NCBI GenBank assembly: GCA_004431415.1
Contig: QPMI01000078.1
Span: 183,455 to 247,454 of the forward strand
Length of the DNA: 64,000 nt
DNA from: Cyanophora paradoxa CCMP329
Lineage: Eukaryota > Plantae > Glaucophyta
Direction of reading: 5' to 3'
The notes beneath the pieces were generated by a model. That model did not search any database. It saw nothing but the letters and a program-made list of their open reading frames with translations, and was not told where the DNA came from. Of the stretch, positions 35,501 through 47,500 are shown piece after piece (the stretch's first letter is position 1; each line of letters starts with the position of its first letter). The translations under genes and the position numbers were made by a program.

Positions 35501-38500
35501 AGCAGGAACGTCGTCGCCAGGCTCAGCGCCAGGATCCCTGCCCCAAGATGAAGAGAGGAAGTCAGAGAGTGAAGACGGCCGGGCAGGGATATGATGTTTG
35601 CTTGCTGGCCTCGACAGGCCGCTGAGGCTTCTAGAGCTTAAGATTGGACTGCCACTTTAGCTTACGAGCGCAGCGCGAGGCCCGCACGCGGGCGGGGGCG
35701 GGGGCGGGGCCGGGGGCGGGGGCGGGGCGGACCCTGGCCGGCGTGGGCGGGGTACGAGCCGGCGAGGTCGCGGTGGAGGTGTACCCCCAGCATCAGGCCG
35801 TACATGATGATCTCCGCCACCGAGGCCACCAGCTGCGCGGGGGCGGGCGGGGGCGAGGGCAAGGTGAGAAGGGCGAGGGAGAAGGGCGAGGGAGAGGGGC
35901 GAGGGAGAGGGGCAGGCGGAGAAGAGAGCAGCGAATCTAGCAGCGCAGATCTAGAAGGAAGGACTGGGCGGAGGACTCTAGCGTTGGACCTAGAGGACTG
36001 AACTGGAATCTAGCATTGTGAATCTAGAAGGGCCAGGAGGGGGTGGACGGACGGACCTGGATGCCCGTCTCGATGTGGCTCGCGTAGGGGCGCGTCGCCG
36101 CTACCCACACCAGGTACGCCTGCCCGGCCCGGGTCGTCAGACCCCAACAAACAAGAGTGGAGGCGGCGAGAGGCGAGGAACCAAACTAAAGTTTAGCTAT
36201 AGCTGCTGCTTTACGTGTTTTTACTTTATACACGATTGTATTTATTGTGCCAAGCCAAACCGAAATCGCTGACCGAGCAGAGGGCGAGGAGGAGGGCGAG
36301 CTGGGTGGTGGTCTCGTTGCCCTGGGAGGCGGCGAAGAGGCCGAGGACGAGGGCGACGGCGAACTTCTTGGCGAGGTCGACGCACTCGGCCAGGTACGCC
36401 CGCCGCTCGCTCGCGAACATCTGCGGAGGAGGAGACGAAGTGAGTGCGAGAAGAGAAAGGTTCGAATGTAAGTAAGAGGAGGCTTTAATCATAATCATGG
36501 GCTCTAGATCTAGATCCGACAGCTGCGCCTTCTAATTATATATTAGAGTGGAGGGCGCGCGCGTGCCTCGTAGAGCGGGGCGTAGCGGACGAGGGTGTCC
36601 TCCCAGGCGGCCGCCGTCGCCATCCAGCCGCCCCGGTCGAACCGGTCCTCCAGGTGCTCCAGCGACGCGTTCAGCGCCCGCAGCGCCAGACGCAGGCTCC
36701 TGCACGCATCGGGCGCGCGGCGGAGTCGGTTAGAGTGAGAGGGGGAGGTAGATATCGAAGTCTTGCGAGCAACCGAGCAAGCGATATCGAAGGGGAGGTG
36801 GGGCTGTGTCTATGAATCTCGAGCTCAGTGCAGAGGGCAGGAGCGCCAGGGCAGGGCAGGAGCGCAGGAGCGGGCAGGAGGACAGGAGCCAGTCGGTTAA
36901 GAGTTAGAGGCAGAGGCTCGGGGCGATATCGAAGGGGAGGTGGAATTATCTGTATCTCGGTGCAGAGGGCAGGCGCGCGCACCCGAGGAGGGCGAGCGGG
37001 GGCGCCAGGAGCGCCCGCGTGGCGGCCTCGCGGATCCGGAGGCGCGACGAGGCGGGGGAGGCGGGGCGCGGGGGGAGGACGAAGGCGGCGAGGGCGGCCC
37101 ACTCGCGGGTGAGGAAGCGGGGCACCGCCTCCCGCGCCGAGACCCGCACCGGCAGCGTCGGCTGATAAGGGGGGAGGGCAGGAGGCGCCGTCAGTGCTAG
37201 TCGAGGAGGCCCGGGAGCCGCGAAATTAAATGATGACGCGCGTGGGAGAGAAAGAGCTTGGGACTTCAAGCTCTAACGCTCTAAAGCTCTAAAGCTTGAA
37301 AGCTTAAAAGAGGTCGAGTCTTCAAGCTTAAAGCCAGAGGAGTAATACACAGCCGGGGGCGCATGCGCACGCAGAAGAGGATGCGGCGGCGGCGGACGAC
37401 GAGCGCGTGGACGAAGGCGGCGCCGGCCGCGATCAAGCCCAGCACGCCGGCCTGCAGAAAATCAGGGAAAGGAAGGAAAGGAAAGAGAGGGATGGAGGAG
37501 TAATGTACCGCGAGGAGGGAGGCGGCAGCAGCGGGCGCCGGGTCGGCGAGGCGGAGAACGCGGCCGCACTGGAGGACGACCCCCTGCATCGCCACGATCC
37601 CGAACTGCGCAGGAGCGGCGCGTCAGCTCCGGCGGGTTGCTCTATCTCTGACGTTTTAGCTTTCGGGGGGCGGGGGCGGGCGCGCCATGATCTCGATCTT
37701 CTAGGAATCTAATCTAAGCCTCGAGCTTCTATTGTGCGCTTCTATTAGATTGGATTCTTAGGTGTGCGGGGCCGGGCCGGGGCCGGGGCCGGGGGCGGGC
37801 GCGCCATGATCTCGATCTTGGGGGCCTTGAGGTCGACGGGGAGGTGCCCGCCCGTGCGGCCCCGCAGCGCCCGCTTGAACAGCACCTTCATCAGCACCTG
37901 CGCGCGCAGGCGGCCGCGGGGCTTCTTCGTCAGCTCAGCGCCCCAAGCGTGCGGGCGGGCGTGGCGGCGGAAGCTTCTCAAGCCGAGGGGCGGCGGGCCC
38001 GGCTCGGCTCGGATAGGCTCGGCTAGGCTCGGCCCTCGCTTGCTTCCGTAGAAGGGCGGCGGGGGGCGGGGCGAGGCGGGGCGGGGCGGAAGCTTCTTCT
38101 TAAGCTTCTTAAGCTTCTCGGGGGCCGAACTCGGGGCGGGGCGGGGCGGGGCGGGCGCGCCGTCGGCGGCGGAAGCTTAAGCTTCTTAAGCCGAGGGGCG
38201 GGGGCTTCTTAAGCTTCTTAAGCTTCTTAAGCTTCTTAAGCTTCTTAAGGCGGGGGCGGGGCGGGCCTTGAAGGCAGCGATGAGGGCGAAGCCGACGAGG
38301 GTCCAGAAGACGGCCGTGACGAAGGCCGAGACGACCGAGCCCGCGTCGTGCCGCAGCCGCCTAAGTTAGATTAGATCCGACCCGATCGGATTAGGGCGGG
38401 GCGGGGCGCACGGCGAGTCGCCGGGGGGCGGGGCGGGGCCGTAGGCGCCCGTGATGAGCGGGGCGAAGGGCGAGGCGGTGGGCAGCATCAGCGCCCACTC

Positions 38501-41500
38501 TGCGGATCGGGCGGAGACGTCGACGACGCGGTCAGGGACAGCAACGGGCGGGGCGGGGCGGGGCGGGGAGGGGGTGCGGAGGCAGGCCAGGAGTACTAGT
38601 GGTCAGATAGAGTACTTTACGGGGCTGGGAGGCGGAGGCGCGTGCGGGCGCGCACGGAGGGAGGAGGTCATGGAGGCATAGACGTCGGGCATGGCGGAGC
38701 CGCCGACGTAGCCCGAGGCCGCCACCGACGCCAGGTGCTGCGCGGCCGCGGGCGTCAAACGCGAGGCGCGAGGCGCGGGGCGCGAGGCGTTGGTATTCGA
38801 TGGGGGGGCGGGAGATGTGGGCCTAGGTCTAAGATCGCTGGCGACCTAGGCCTAGATCTGGAGTCCACGTCTCTGGTGGTGGAGAGGGGGGGGGGGAGGT
38901 ACTACGGCACCTGGAAAGTGTTGAGGAGCTTGCCACCGCCCTTCATCAGCCGCTTCCCGTGCTCCATGAGCTCGCCCTGGGGCCCCACCGGCACGGCCGC
39001 CGCCCCCGCCCCGACACCGCCGCCGCCAAAGGAGTACAGGGCGGTGCCCTTGCCCTCCGCGTCTCCGCCGGCGCCGGCGCCGCCGCCGGCGCCCTCGCTG
39101 TTGAGTGGCTTGACGAAGACGACGCTAGGCGGGCGGTAGAGCACGCGCCGGTCCTCCGAGGGCGGCGGCGTCGCCTCGAGCTCCGGCGTCTTTGCCCGCG
39201 GTCCAAGGCCGGGGCCGGCGTCCGAGGGGCGCAGGAGCCGCACGGGGAGCGGCGGCGCGCGGGCGGCGTCGGCCTCGAGGCGGGCGAGCTGGTCCTCGGT
39301 GAGGGGCGGCAGGCTCAGCGAGCCGCGCCCGCCGTAGCGCCCCTGCAGGTACTCCCGGTGCCGCAGCGCCGTCGAGACCGTCCCGGGGGACCCCACGGGC
39401 ATGCCGCCGCCCCCTCCCGTCGCCCCCGCGGCGCCGGCCGTCGTTCCGCTCGCCGCCGCCGCCGTCCCTCCGCCGCCGGCGGCCGCGGCGGCAGCTGCTG
39501 CTCCGGCCGGCGCGGCGGCGGCCGCCGCGGCGGCGGCGGTGGCGGCCGCCGTCGAAGAGGCCGCCGCGAGAGCCGTCCCGACCGACGCTGTCGTCGCTGC
39601 CGCCGCCGCCCTGCGCAGAGCAGCGAGGCGCGCGTCAGGTCCAGAAGCCACAAAGAGCGGGGTGGGCCCTGCAGCTGCCGCACCCGACAGCGCTGCTCGT
39701 GACCGCCGCCGCTGCCGCCGTCGCCGCGGCGCTGGCGGCCGCCGTCGCCGCGGCGGTTGTCGCTGCGGCGGCCACCTGCGATGTGACGTAAGCCCAAAGC
39801 CAAAGGCGCGCGAGGTAAAGAAGGCGGACGGACCGCGGCGACGGCGGCGACGCCCGACACGACGACGGCGGCGCCTGCGAGGGCAGACACCGCCGCCGCC
39901 GCCGAGCTCCCCTGCGCCACCGCCACTGCGCGAAGCCCGTTAATTTCGAAGAACGCTTGAGGGACCGAGAGACGAGCCGAGCCGCGCATGCGCACCGGGG
40001 TCCGGCGTGGCCGTCGGGGTGGGCGCGGGCCCCGCCGGGGCGGCGGGGTACGCGACCACTACGGTCGTGACGGCCTCGGTGGAGTACCCCAGGCGGTTGG
40101 CGGCCGTGTACGAGAGCACGTACGAGCCCTCGGGCATCCCCGCCGGGAACTCGAACGAGGGGGAGGAGGCGGCGGACGTGTCCAGAACGGCGCCTTCGGG
40201 CCCCGAGAGCAGCGCCCAGGCGCTGGAGACCACCATGTCCGTCGGGTCGGAGGCGTCGGCCGCCAGCAGCGCCCCCTCGCTCCGGTTCGTGACGCGGTAG
40301 AGAGCGGGCAGGACCACGGAGGGGTACGACTCGTCTGCTCGGGGGCGGGGAGGAGGATGATGATGAGGGGGCGGCGGGCGCACGGGGGGTGGCGGGGAGG
40401 CGAGGAGGCGCGCCGAGGAACTCGGGCTCGTTTTATTGTCTTTATAGGAGCTAGAGCGTTGAAATATGAGGGGCTGAAATATGAGGAGCTAGGAGCTATG
40501 AATAGAGCGTTGAGGAGCTAGAGGATTTCTTTAGATGAGCGTTAGGGGGCGAGCCGGGGAGGCGAAGTGCTCTATAGGGGTACGATTTATTGGGGGAAGC
40601 GGGCGGCCGGGGGGTGGCGGGGGCGCGCCGAGGAACTCGGGCTCGGATGCGCTGTAGGAGAGGACGGGGCCGCCAAAGGCCCCCGCTGCGGCCGCGGCGA
40701 CGGCGGCGGGCAGGCCCGCCATCTGCGCCCGCACCGCCGCGTACCCCTGCGGGCGAAAGCTGGAAGGTTAGAGAGGTTACGAAGGTTGGAGATTGCACGT
40801 CGTAAAGGTTCTTAAGGCTGATTTATAGAAGTCAGATTGAAGGCGGCACGAGGCTCGAAATTCGATTGAGGAGCCTAGCCTAGCAGGCTCAAGGCCCGAG
40901 GTTCAAGGTTCCGAGTTCGATTGGGGGAAGGCAGGTAAATAGGCTCAAGGCCCGAGGTTCGAGGGCAGGGAGGGAGGGAGGGCGGGGGGGCGGGCGCGGG
41001 GGGCGGACGGCGGCCTGGTCGACGGGGGCGAGGCGGTAGCGGAGTAGGACCGAGCCGCGGAGCACCGACACGCCGAAGACCTGCGGGAGCGGGGGAGCAA
41101 GCTCAGGTGAGCTCTAGTGTGAGCGCGCACGGAGGAGGGGCGCACGGAGGCGGTGCCGGGGGCGAGGGGCTGCATGCCGGCGATGCGCCCCGGAAGCGGC
41201 GAGGCGGGCCCGGGGGCCGCCGAGGCCCCGCCGGGCCCGACAGCGAGGCCGTGCTCGGCCGCGAAGGCGTCGAAGTCGAGGTCCAGCTTCACCTCCACGA
41301 TAAAGGCTGCGGGGCGGGAGCTTAAGGGTTTCTGAGGGAGGCGTGGGATGGGGCGGGGGGGGGGAGGGGGGGGCGAGGGATCGCCGCGCACTGTGCGGGG
41401 GGTACACGTGGACGGTCAGTCGGGTCACGTTGGCGGCGGGGGCGGAGGCGGGGGCGCCGGGCGGGTCCGCCACGTCGACGCGCAGCTCGAAGACCTGGGG

Positions 41501-44500
41501 TGGGGGCGTGAGAGGGGGGGGGGGGGGGGAGGGGAGGGGGGGGTGGAGGAGGAGGAGGGGGGGTAGAGGAGCGAGCGCACGTAGGCGCCCTGGGCGGGCC
41601 GGAGGACGGTGGCCGAGCAGGGCGGCGAGGCCGCGGGGCGGAGCGTCGTCGCGTTGCGCGGCGGGCGCGGCGGCGAGACCTGCACGGGCGAGCGAGCGTG
41701 AGGAGAAGAGAAGTGGGGCTGAAGAAGGAGGAGAGGGAAGGGGAGGCGCACGAGGCGCCAGGAGCAGCGCGGGGCGACGCCGGGCGCGGCAGCGGCGGCG
41801 GCGGCGGATCCGTCCAGCAGGAACGAGGCGAGCGGGAGGCGGAAGGAAAGGTCGGGCGCGGCGGCGCCGCCTCCGCGCGAGGCGGGCGGCGGGGGCTCCG
41901 CCGGGGTGGAGAGCGGGGTGGCGACCGAGGTCGGCGAGGTGCCGGCCGCGCTCGTCGCGTTGGCGATGCACGCGTAGGACGACTGTGGCCGGAGGCCCTG
42001 CACCGGCACGCGCACCCGCGCCGCCCCGCCGGCACAGGCGCCGACGCCGAGCTCGGCGGGCCGCCGGCGGCGCCGCCGAGAGGCTCGCAGGAGACGGAGA
42101 CGGAGAGGGCGGGGCTCCCGCGGCCCGGTCCGAGCGCCACGGTCACGTTTGCAGAGCGCGGGCCGGCCGCCACGTCGACGATGGACGGCGCCGCCGGCGC
42201 GTCCGCCGCCGTCGTCGCGGCCGCCGGCGCCGAGGCCGGCGACGCCCCCTCCGCGTTGACGGCGACCGCCGTGCACTCGTACTCCGTGGCAAACCGCAGG
42301 CCCGACACGCGGACGGCGACGCGGGAAGCGTTGGAGAAGGGGGCGAGCGCCGACGCGACGTGCGGGGCGGCGTCCGCGGCGCCAGCGCCGACGCCGGCCT
42401 CGGCGCAGGAAACGGCCACCTCGGAGATGGCGCTGCCGCCGTCGAAGCCCATCTCGACGGTCACATCCAGCGCCGCCGGGCCAACGGCCGCGGCGCTCGC
42501 GCGCGGCGCGGCCGGCGGCTCGCCGCCGTGGCGAAAGGGGCCGCGTGGCCGGCGGGCGACGTGCCAGCGGCGTTCGTCGCGTTGGCGGAGCACGAATAAG
42601 AGGCGTTGGGCTGCAGGGAGGACACGGCATGGCCGCCCACGCCGCCCCGGGGCCAACCTCCACGACGCCCGTCCACACGGCGGCGCCGGCGGGGCCACTG
42701 CCGGCCGGGCGGCAGCTCGCGGCGGCCCGCGCGACACGCGCGCCGCCGTCGAAGCCGAACGTTACGTTGAGGACGGCCGAGCGCGATCCCACCACGGCGA
42801 CGGACACGGCCAGCGGCGCCGCGGGCGCCTCCGCCAGCGTCGCGGCTGGGAGAGCGGCGAGCGCGCCGGAGACGCCGACGCCGTTCGTCGCAGTCGCGTT
42901 GCAGGCGTAGTTCGACGCCGGCCGCAGACCAGCGACGACCACCTCGACGCTCGCGGCGCCGCCCGGCACGGGCGACGAGGCGGAGCCGGCGGGCAGCCCA
43001 GTGGCGCCGTCGAAGCACGCGACGGCGGCGGCGGAGACGGCGCTGCCGCCGTCGCCCGCGAGCGTCACGGCAAAGGCGAGCTGCCGCGGGGCCGCCGCTG
43101 CGAGGGCGAGCGCCGGCGCGGCCGGCGCCTCCGCCGCCGTGCGGAACGCGCCCGAGGACGTGCTCCCGGCCGTCCCGACAAAGTTGCTCGCGTTGGCGCT
43201 GCAGACGAAGGTGCCGTTCGGGCTCAGCCCGACCACCGTAAAGTTAACGTGGTCAACGTAGTGCGCCACGGGCAAGACGCCGCCCCAGACGGCGGGGCCG
43301 CCGGCCGCCGGCCCGCAGCTCGCCGCCGCCCTCTCGATCCACGCGCCGCCGTTGCCGCCGAGGCGGACGGTCAGGAGGGCGCCGCGGGCGGCGACGGACG
43401 AGACCGTCACGGAGACCGGTGCAGGCGCCTCCTCGGCGGGCGTCGTGAAGGCCGCCGAGTAGGTCTTGGGTCCCGTCCCCACGCCGTTCGTCGCGTTGGC
43501 GACGCAGACGTACGTCGTGTTGGGCGTCAGTCCGGCGACGTGGAACTGAGCCGCGGGCGCCCCGTCGGGCACGGCGGCCGACTCGCCCCAGACGGAGGCG
43601 GCGCCCTCAGCGGGGCGGCAGCTCGCGTCGGCCCGCGTGATCCGCGATCCGCCGTCGAAGCCGAAGACGACGGACAGGGCCGCCTCGCGCGCCGTCTCGA
43701 GCGCGACCGTCGCCAAGGCGGGCGCCGCCGGCGGTTCCGCCTCCGTCGTGAACGCCGGGGCCGACGCCGCGGGCGACGCGCCGGCCGCGTTCAGCGCCGA
43801 CGCGCTGCAGACGTACGTCGTGTTGGGCACGAGGCCGACCGCCGTGAAGTTGGCGGAGCGCGCGCCGGGCTCGACGGGAACCGTCTCGCTCCATGCCGGC
43901 CCGGCGCCGCCGGCGCCGATGGGCACGCAGGCGGCCGTCGCGGTGGCGACGGCGGCGCCGCCGTCGAAGCCGAGGGCCGCCGAGACGAACACGGAGCGGG
44001 AGTTGATGGGGATGGCGGTCACGCGGCTCGGGGCGGCGGGCGGCTCGGCGTCCGTGGCGAACGGCGCGAGGTCGCTCCACGGGGAGGTCCCGAGGGCGTT
44101 GGTGAGGTAGGCCTGGCAGTCGTAGCGCGTTGCGGGCCAGAGCCCCGACACCGTCACCTCGATCGGCCCCGCCGCGTCCGGCGGGACCTCGACGGAAGCG
44201 AAGAAGACGGCCGCGGTGTCGTTGCAGCGCGCGCCGGCGAACGCGATGGGGATGCCGCCGCCGAATAGCGTCTCCAGGGAGAGCGCGATGGCGCGCGACG
44301 AGGCGGCGGCGGACTGGATGCGCGGCGGCCACGGGATCTCCGGGAGGGTCCTGGCGGCGACCGCCGCGCCCACGGGCGAGGCGCCCAGCGCGTTGACGAG
44401 CACGCCCCGGCAGTAGTACAGGACCCCGGGCTCCAGACCGGCGAACGGGAACGAGAACGACGCGGGGCTCCTGCCGGTCGTGTTGACAGTGGCGGCGACG

Positions 44501-47500
44501 ACGGGGGCGCCGTCGAGCGACGTGGCGCAGCTCGCGTTGGCGGCCGTCAGGTTGAGGCCGCCGTCGAAGACGACGGCGATGGACACGTTGAGGGAGCGCG
44601 AGCCCGTCACGGCAACGGCGACGGCGGGCGCGGCCGGTGGCTCGGGCAGCGCGACAAAGTCCACGTTCGGGTCGCTGCGGGAGCGCGCGCGCGCGTGAGG
44701 GACCTGGAGACTGCGTTTGCGAGGGCCGGGGCGACGGCGGGGGCGCACCTGTCCTCGGCGCCCACGGTGTTGTTGGCGAACCCGTCGACGGTGTACGGCG
44801 AGCCCGGCACGAGGCCCCAGACCGTCGCCGTCGCGTTGGGCGCCCCGGGCGGCACGGCGACGGAGCTGAGGTTGTAGTAGAGGAGGCCGGTCGGGAGGCG
44901 GACGCGGAGCGCGGCGAACGTGATCGGGCTGCCCCCATCGCTGCTGAACACGACCGTGCCGGTGACGAAGCGCGAGCCGTAGACGACGTTGACCAGGCTC
45001 GGCCGCGACGGCTTGTCGGGCGGCGTCGTGATGACGACGTACGGCCCGTCGGGAGAGCGCCCGATATCTTTAATTAAGAAGCGTCAGCTGCAGGGTGACC
45101 GGCAGATAGCTGAGTGAATGCGCACCGTTGTAGGCCCATGCGGTGCAGTTGTAGGCGTTGGCGGGCCGCAGCGAGCCGACGGAGAGGAGGGTACCGGTCG
45201 TGTACGACGTGAACGTGTTCACGTCGACCGAGGCCAGGCCCGTGCTGACGCGGACGCAGCTGCCGGTCGCGTTGCGCACGGGCCGGCCGCCGTCCTCGAA
45301 AAAGTCCGTCTCCATGTTGATCTGCCGCGCGTGGGCAGCCTTCCAGCCGCCGTTCCGCGAGGCGATCGTCACCGCGGCCGGCGGCTCCGGCAGCGTCGCG
45401 ACGACGAACGCGCCGGAGCGGGCGGCGCCGGCACCGGCGCCGGCGCCGGTCGCCTCGTCGACGCGCGCCTCACAGCGGTAGTAAGAAGCGCGGCGGAGGC
45501 CCGCGAGGTAGAACGTCGCGTTCGTCGGGCGGGTCGGCTCCGTCACCAACAGCGTCCCGTTCGCGAGGGAGGGCCCGTTCGGGACGCTCGCGTTGGCGCA
45601 CGTGAAGGAGACGGTCGCGGAGGCGTAGACAGAGACGCCGTCCGTGGCCCCCAGGACCAGGTTGAGCGTTGCCGTCCTGGACTGGACGTCCAACAGCTCG
45701 ACGACCGGGGCGGGCGGGGCGGCGGCGGCGGCGGGCGTCGACACGACGGCAGTCGCTGGCGACAGGGCAGGACCCAGGACGTTCCATACGGTCACCTGCG
45801 CGGGCGGGCGGGCACAGGCGTCATGATCAGTCACGACGGCGATCGCGAGCAGCGGGGGCAAGGGAAAGGACACAGGTCGGCGGACCTCGCAGTAGTAGCT
45901 CGTGAGAGGGGCGAGGCCCCTGAAGTGGAAGTCCGCGAACACGATGTAGGAGGGAAGGGCGAGCGTCTGGGTCTGGGCCGTGGCGGCGAAGTTCTCCGAC
46001 TCGCCGCAGGCCGCCGTGGCGTTTGTCACCGCCGAGCCGCCGTCGTCGTCGATCACGATCGCGACGTGGAGGGTCGTCGGGTCGTCCGCATGGGCGCCGA
46101 GCGTCGGCGGGGGCGGCACCTCCGCGAGCGTCGTGAACGTGGCGGCGTTGGACGCGGGCGAGCTGCCCTTCCAGTTCCGCGCTGTGGCGGTGCAGGACCA
46201 GGGCTTGCCCGGGCGGAGGTTCCCGACGGTGTAATTCGCCGTCGCCGCGATGGTTGCCGCGGTGGAGTTTGCGACCGTCGCGGTGACGCTCGGAAGCCCC
46301 GCGCTCGTGCACTGGACGGTCACCAGCGTGATCTCGGCGCCGTTGCTCGCTCCAAGCGTGATGCTCACGTTCACGGTCCGGGAGCCAGTGCCAGTTCGGG
46401 CGAGAGTCGGTGCGTTCGGCCTGTACGCAGTCGTGGTGAATGACCAGACCACTGGACCCGACGTCCCTGCGAGGAATTCGAAGAACCAGTCACGATCAGA
46501 CCACTACGTATACGGGCGATTGTTTGAACTTCACGAAATCAAAGCGCACCAACGGCGTTGGTGAGGTTGGCGAAGCAGCGGTAAGACACCATAGGGACCA
46601 GCACGTTCGAGGTCCTGAAGGTGGTCGGCGACGTTGGGTTCGTGACGCGCGTGCCCCAGACCGAATCGCCCGTGCTCGACACCGCGCAGCTCGCCGTCGC
46701 GAAGAGGATCGGCGATCCCCCGTCGTAACCGAACGTCATGCCCAGCCTCGCGTACACGGAGTCTTCGAAAAAGGAAGAAAGGATCGGGGTGGCGGGGACC
46801 TCGGCCGGCGTCTGAACCGCGACGACGGCCGAGGTGGGCGAGGTCCCGACGCCGCTGGTCACGTTGGCGGAGCAGTAGTACGCCCTTCCCGGCGCCAGCG
46901 GCGCGACTGTGACGTCCAGCGCCGTTGCGCCGGGCGGAGGCGCCGACTGCACGACCCAGGAGCCGCCGGATGCGTTGGCAGGGTTGGCGGTGCAGAGGAC
47001 GGTGACCGTCGCGATGGGCGAGCCGCCGTTGTCCGCGAAGGCGACAGAAAGCGTTAAGGACCTCGAGGTCGCCCTCGGGTCGACGATCGCGGGGGCGGGC
47101 GGCAGCTCCGCCTCGGCGACGGTGGCCACGGGCACGGTGCCCGAGTAAGAGCGCCCGTCGAGGTCGAGGACGCTCGCCTCGCAGAACGACGTCGCCATCC
47201 GCCGCAGGCCCGTCGCGTGGAACGTCAGGTTGCGGGGCGCCAGCACGCCGGCGAGCACGACCGACGCGCTGAAGTCGGGGGCGTCCAGCGGCTCGGAGGC
47301 GCAAGCAAGCGTCACGGTCGCCGCGCCCGTGCACACGCCAATGGAGACGGTCAGGTTCGCCGACACCGTCCCCACCGAGGCCACCGTGACCACGGGCGCC
47401 GGCGGGGCGCGCAGCGGGGTCGTAATCGTTGCGGGCGCGGCGCCGGCCGAGGTGCCCACGTCGTTGACGAGCGTTGCGGAGCAGTACCAGACGCTGCCGG

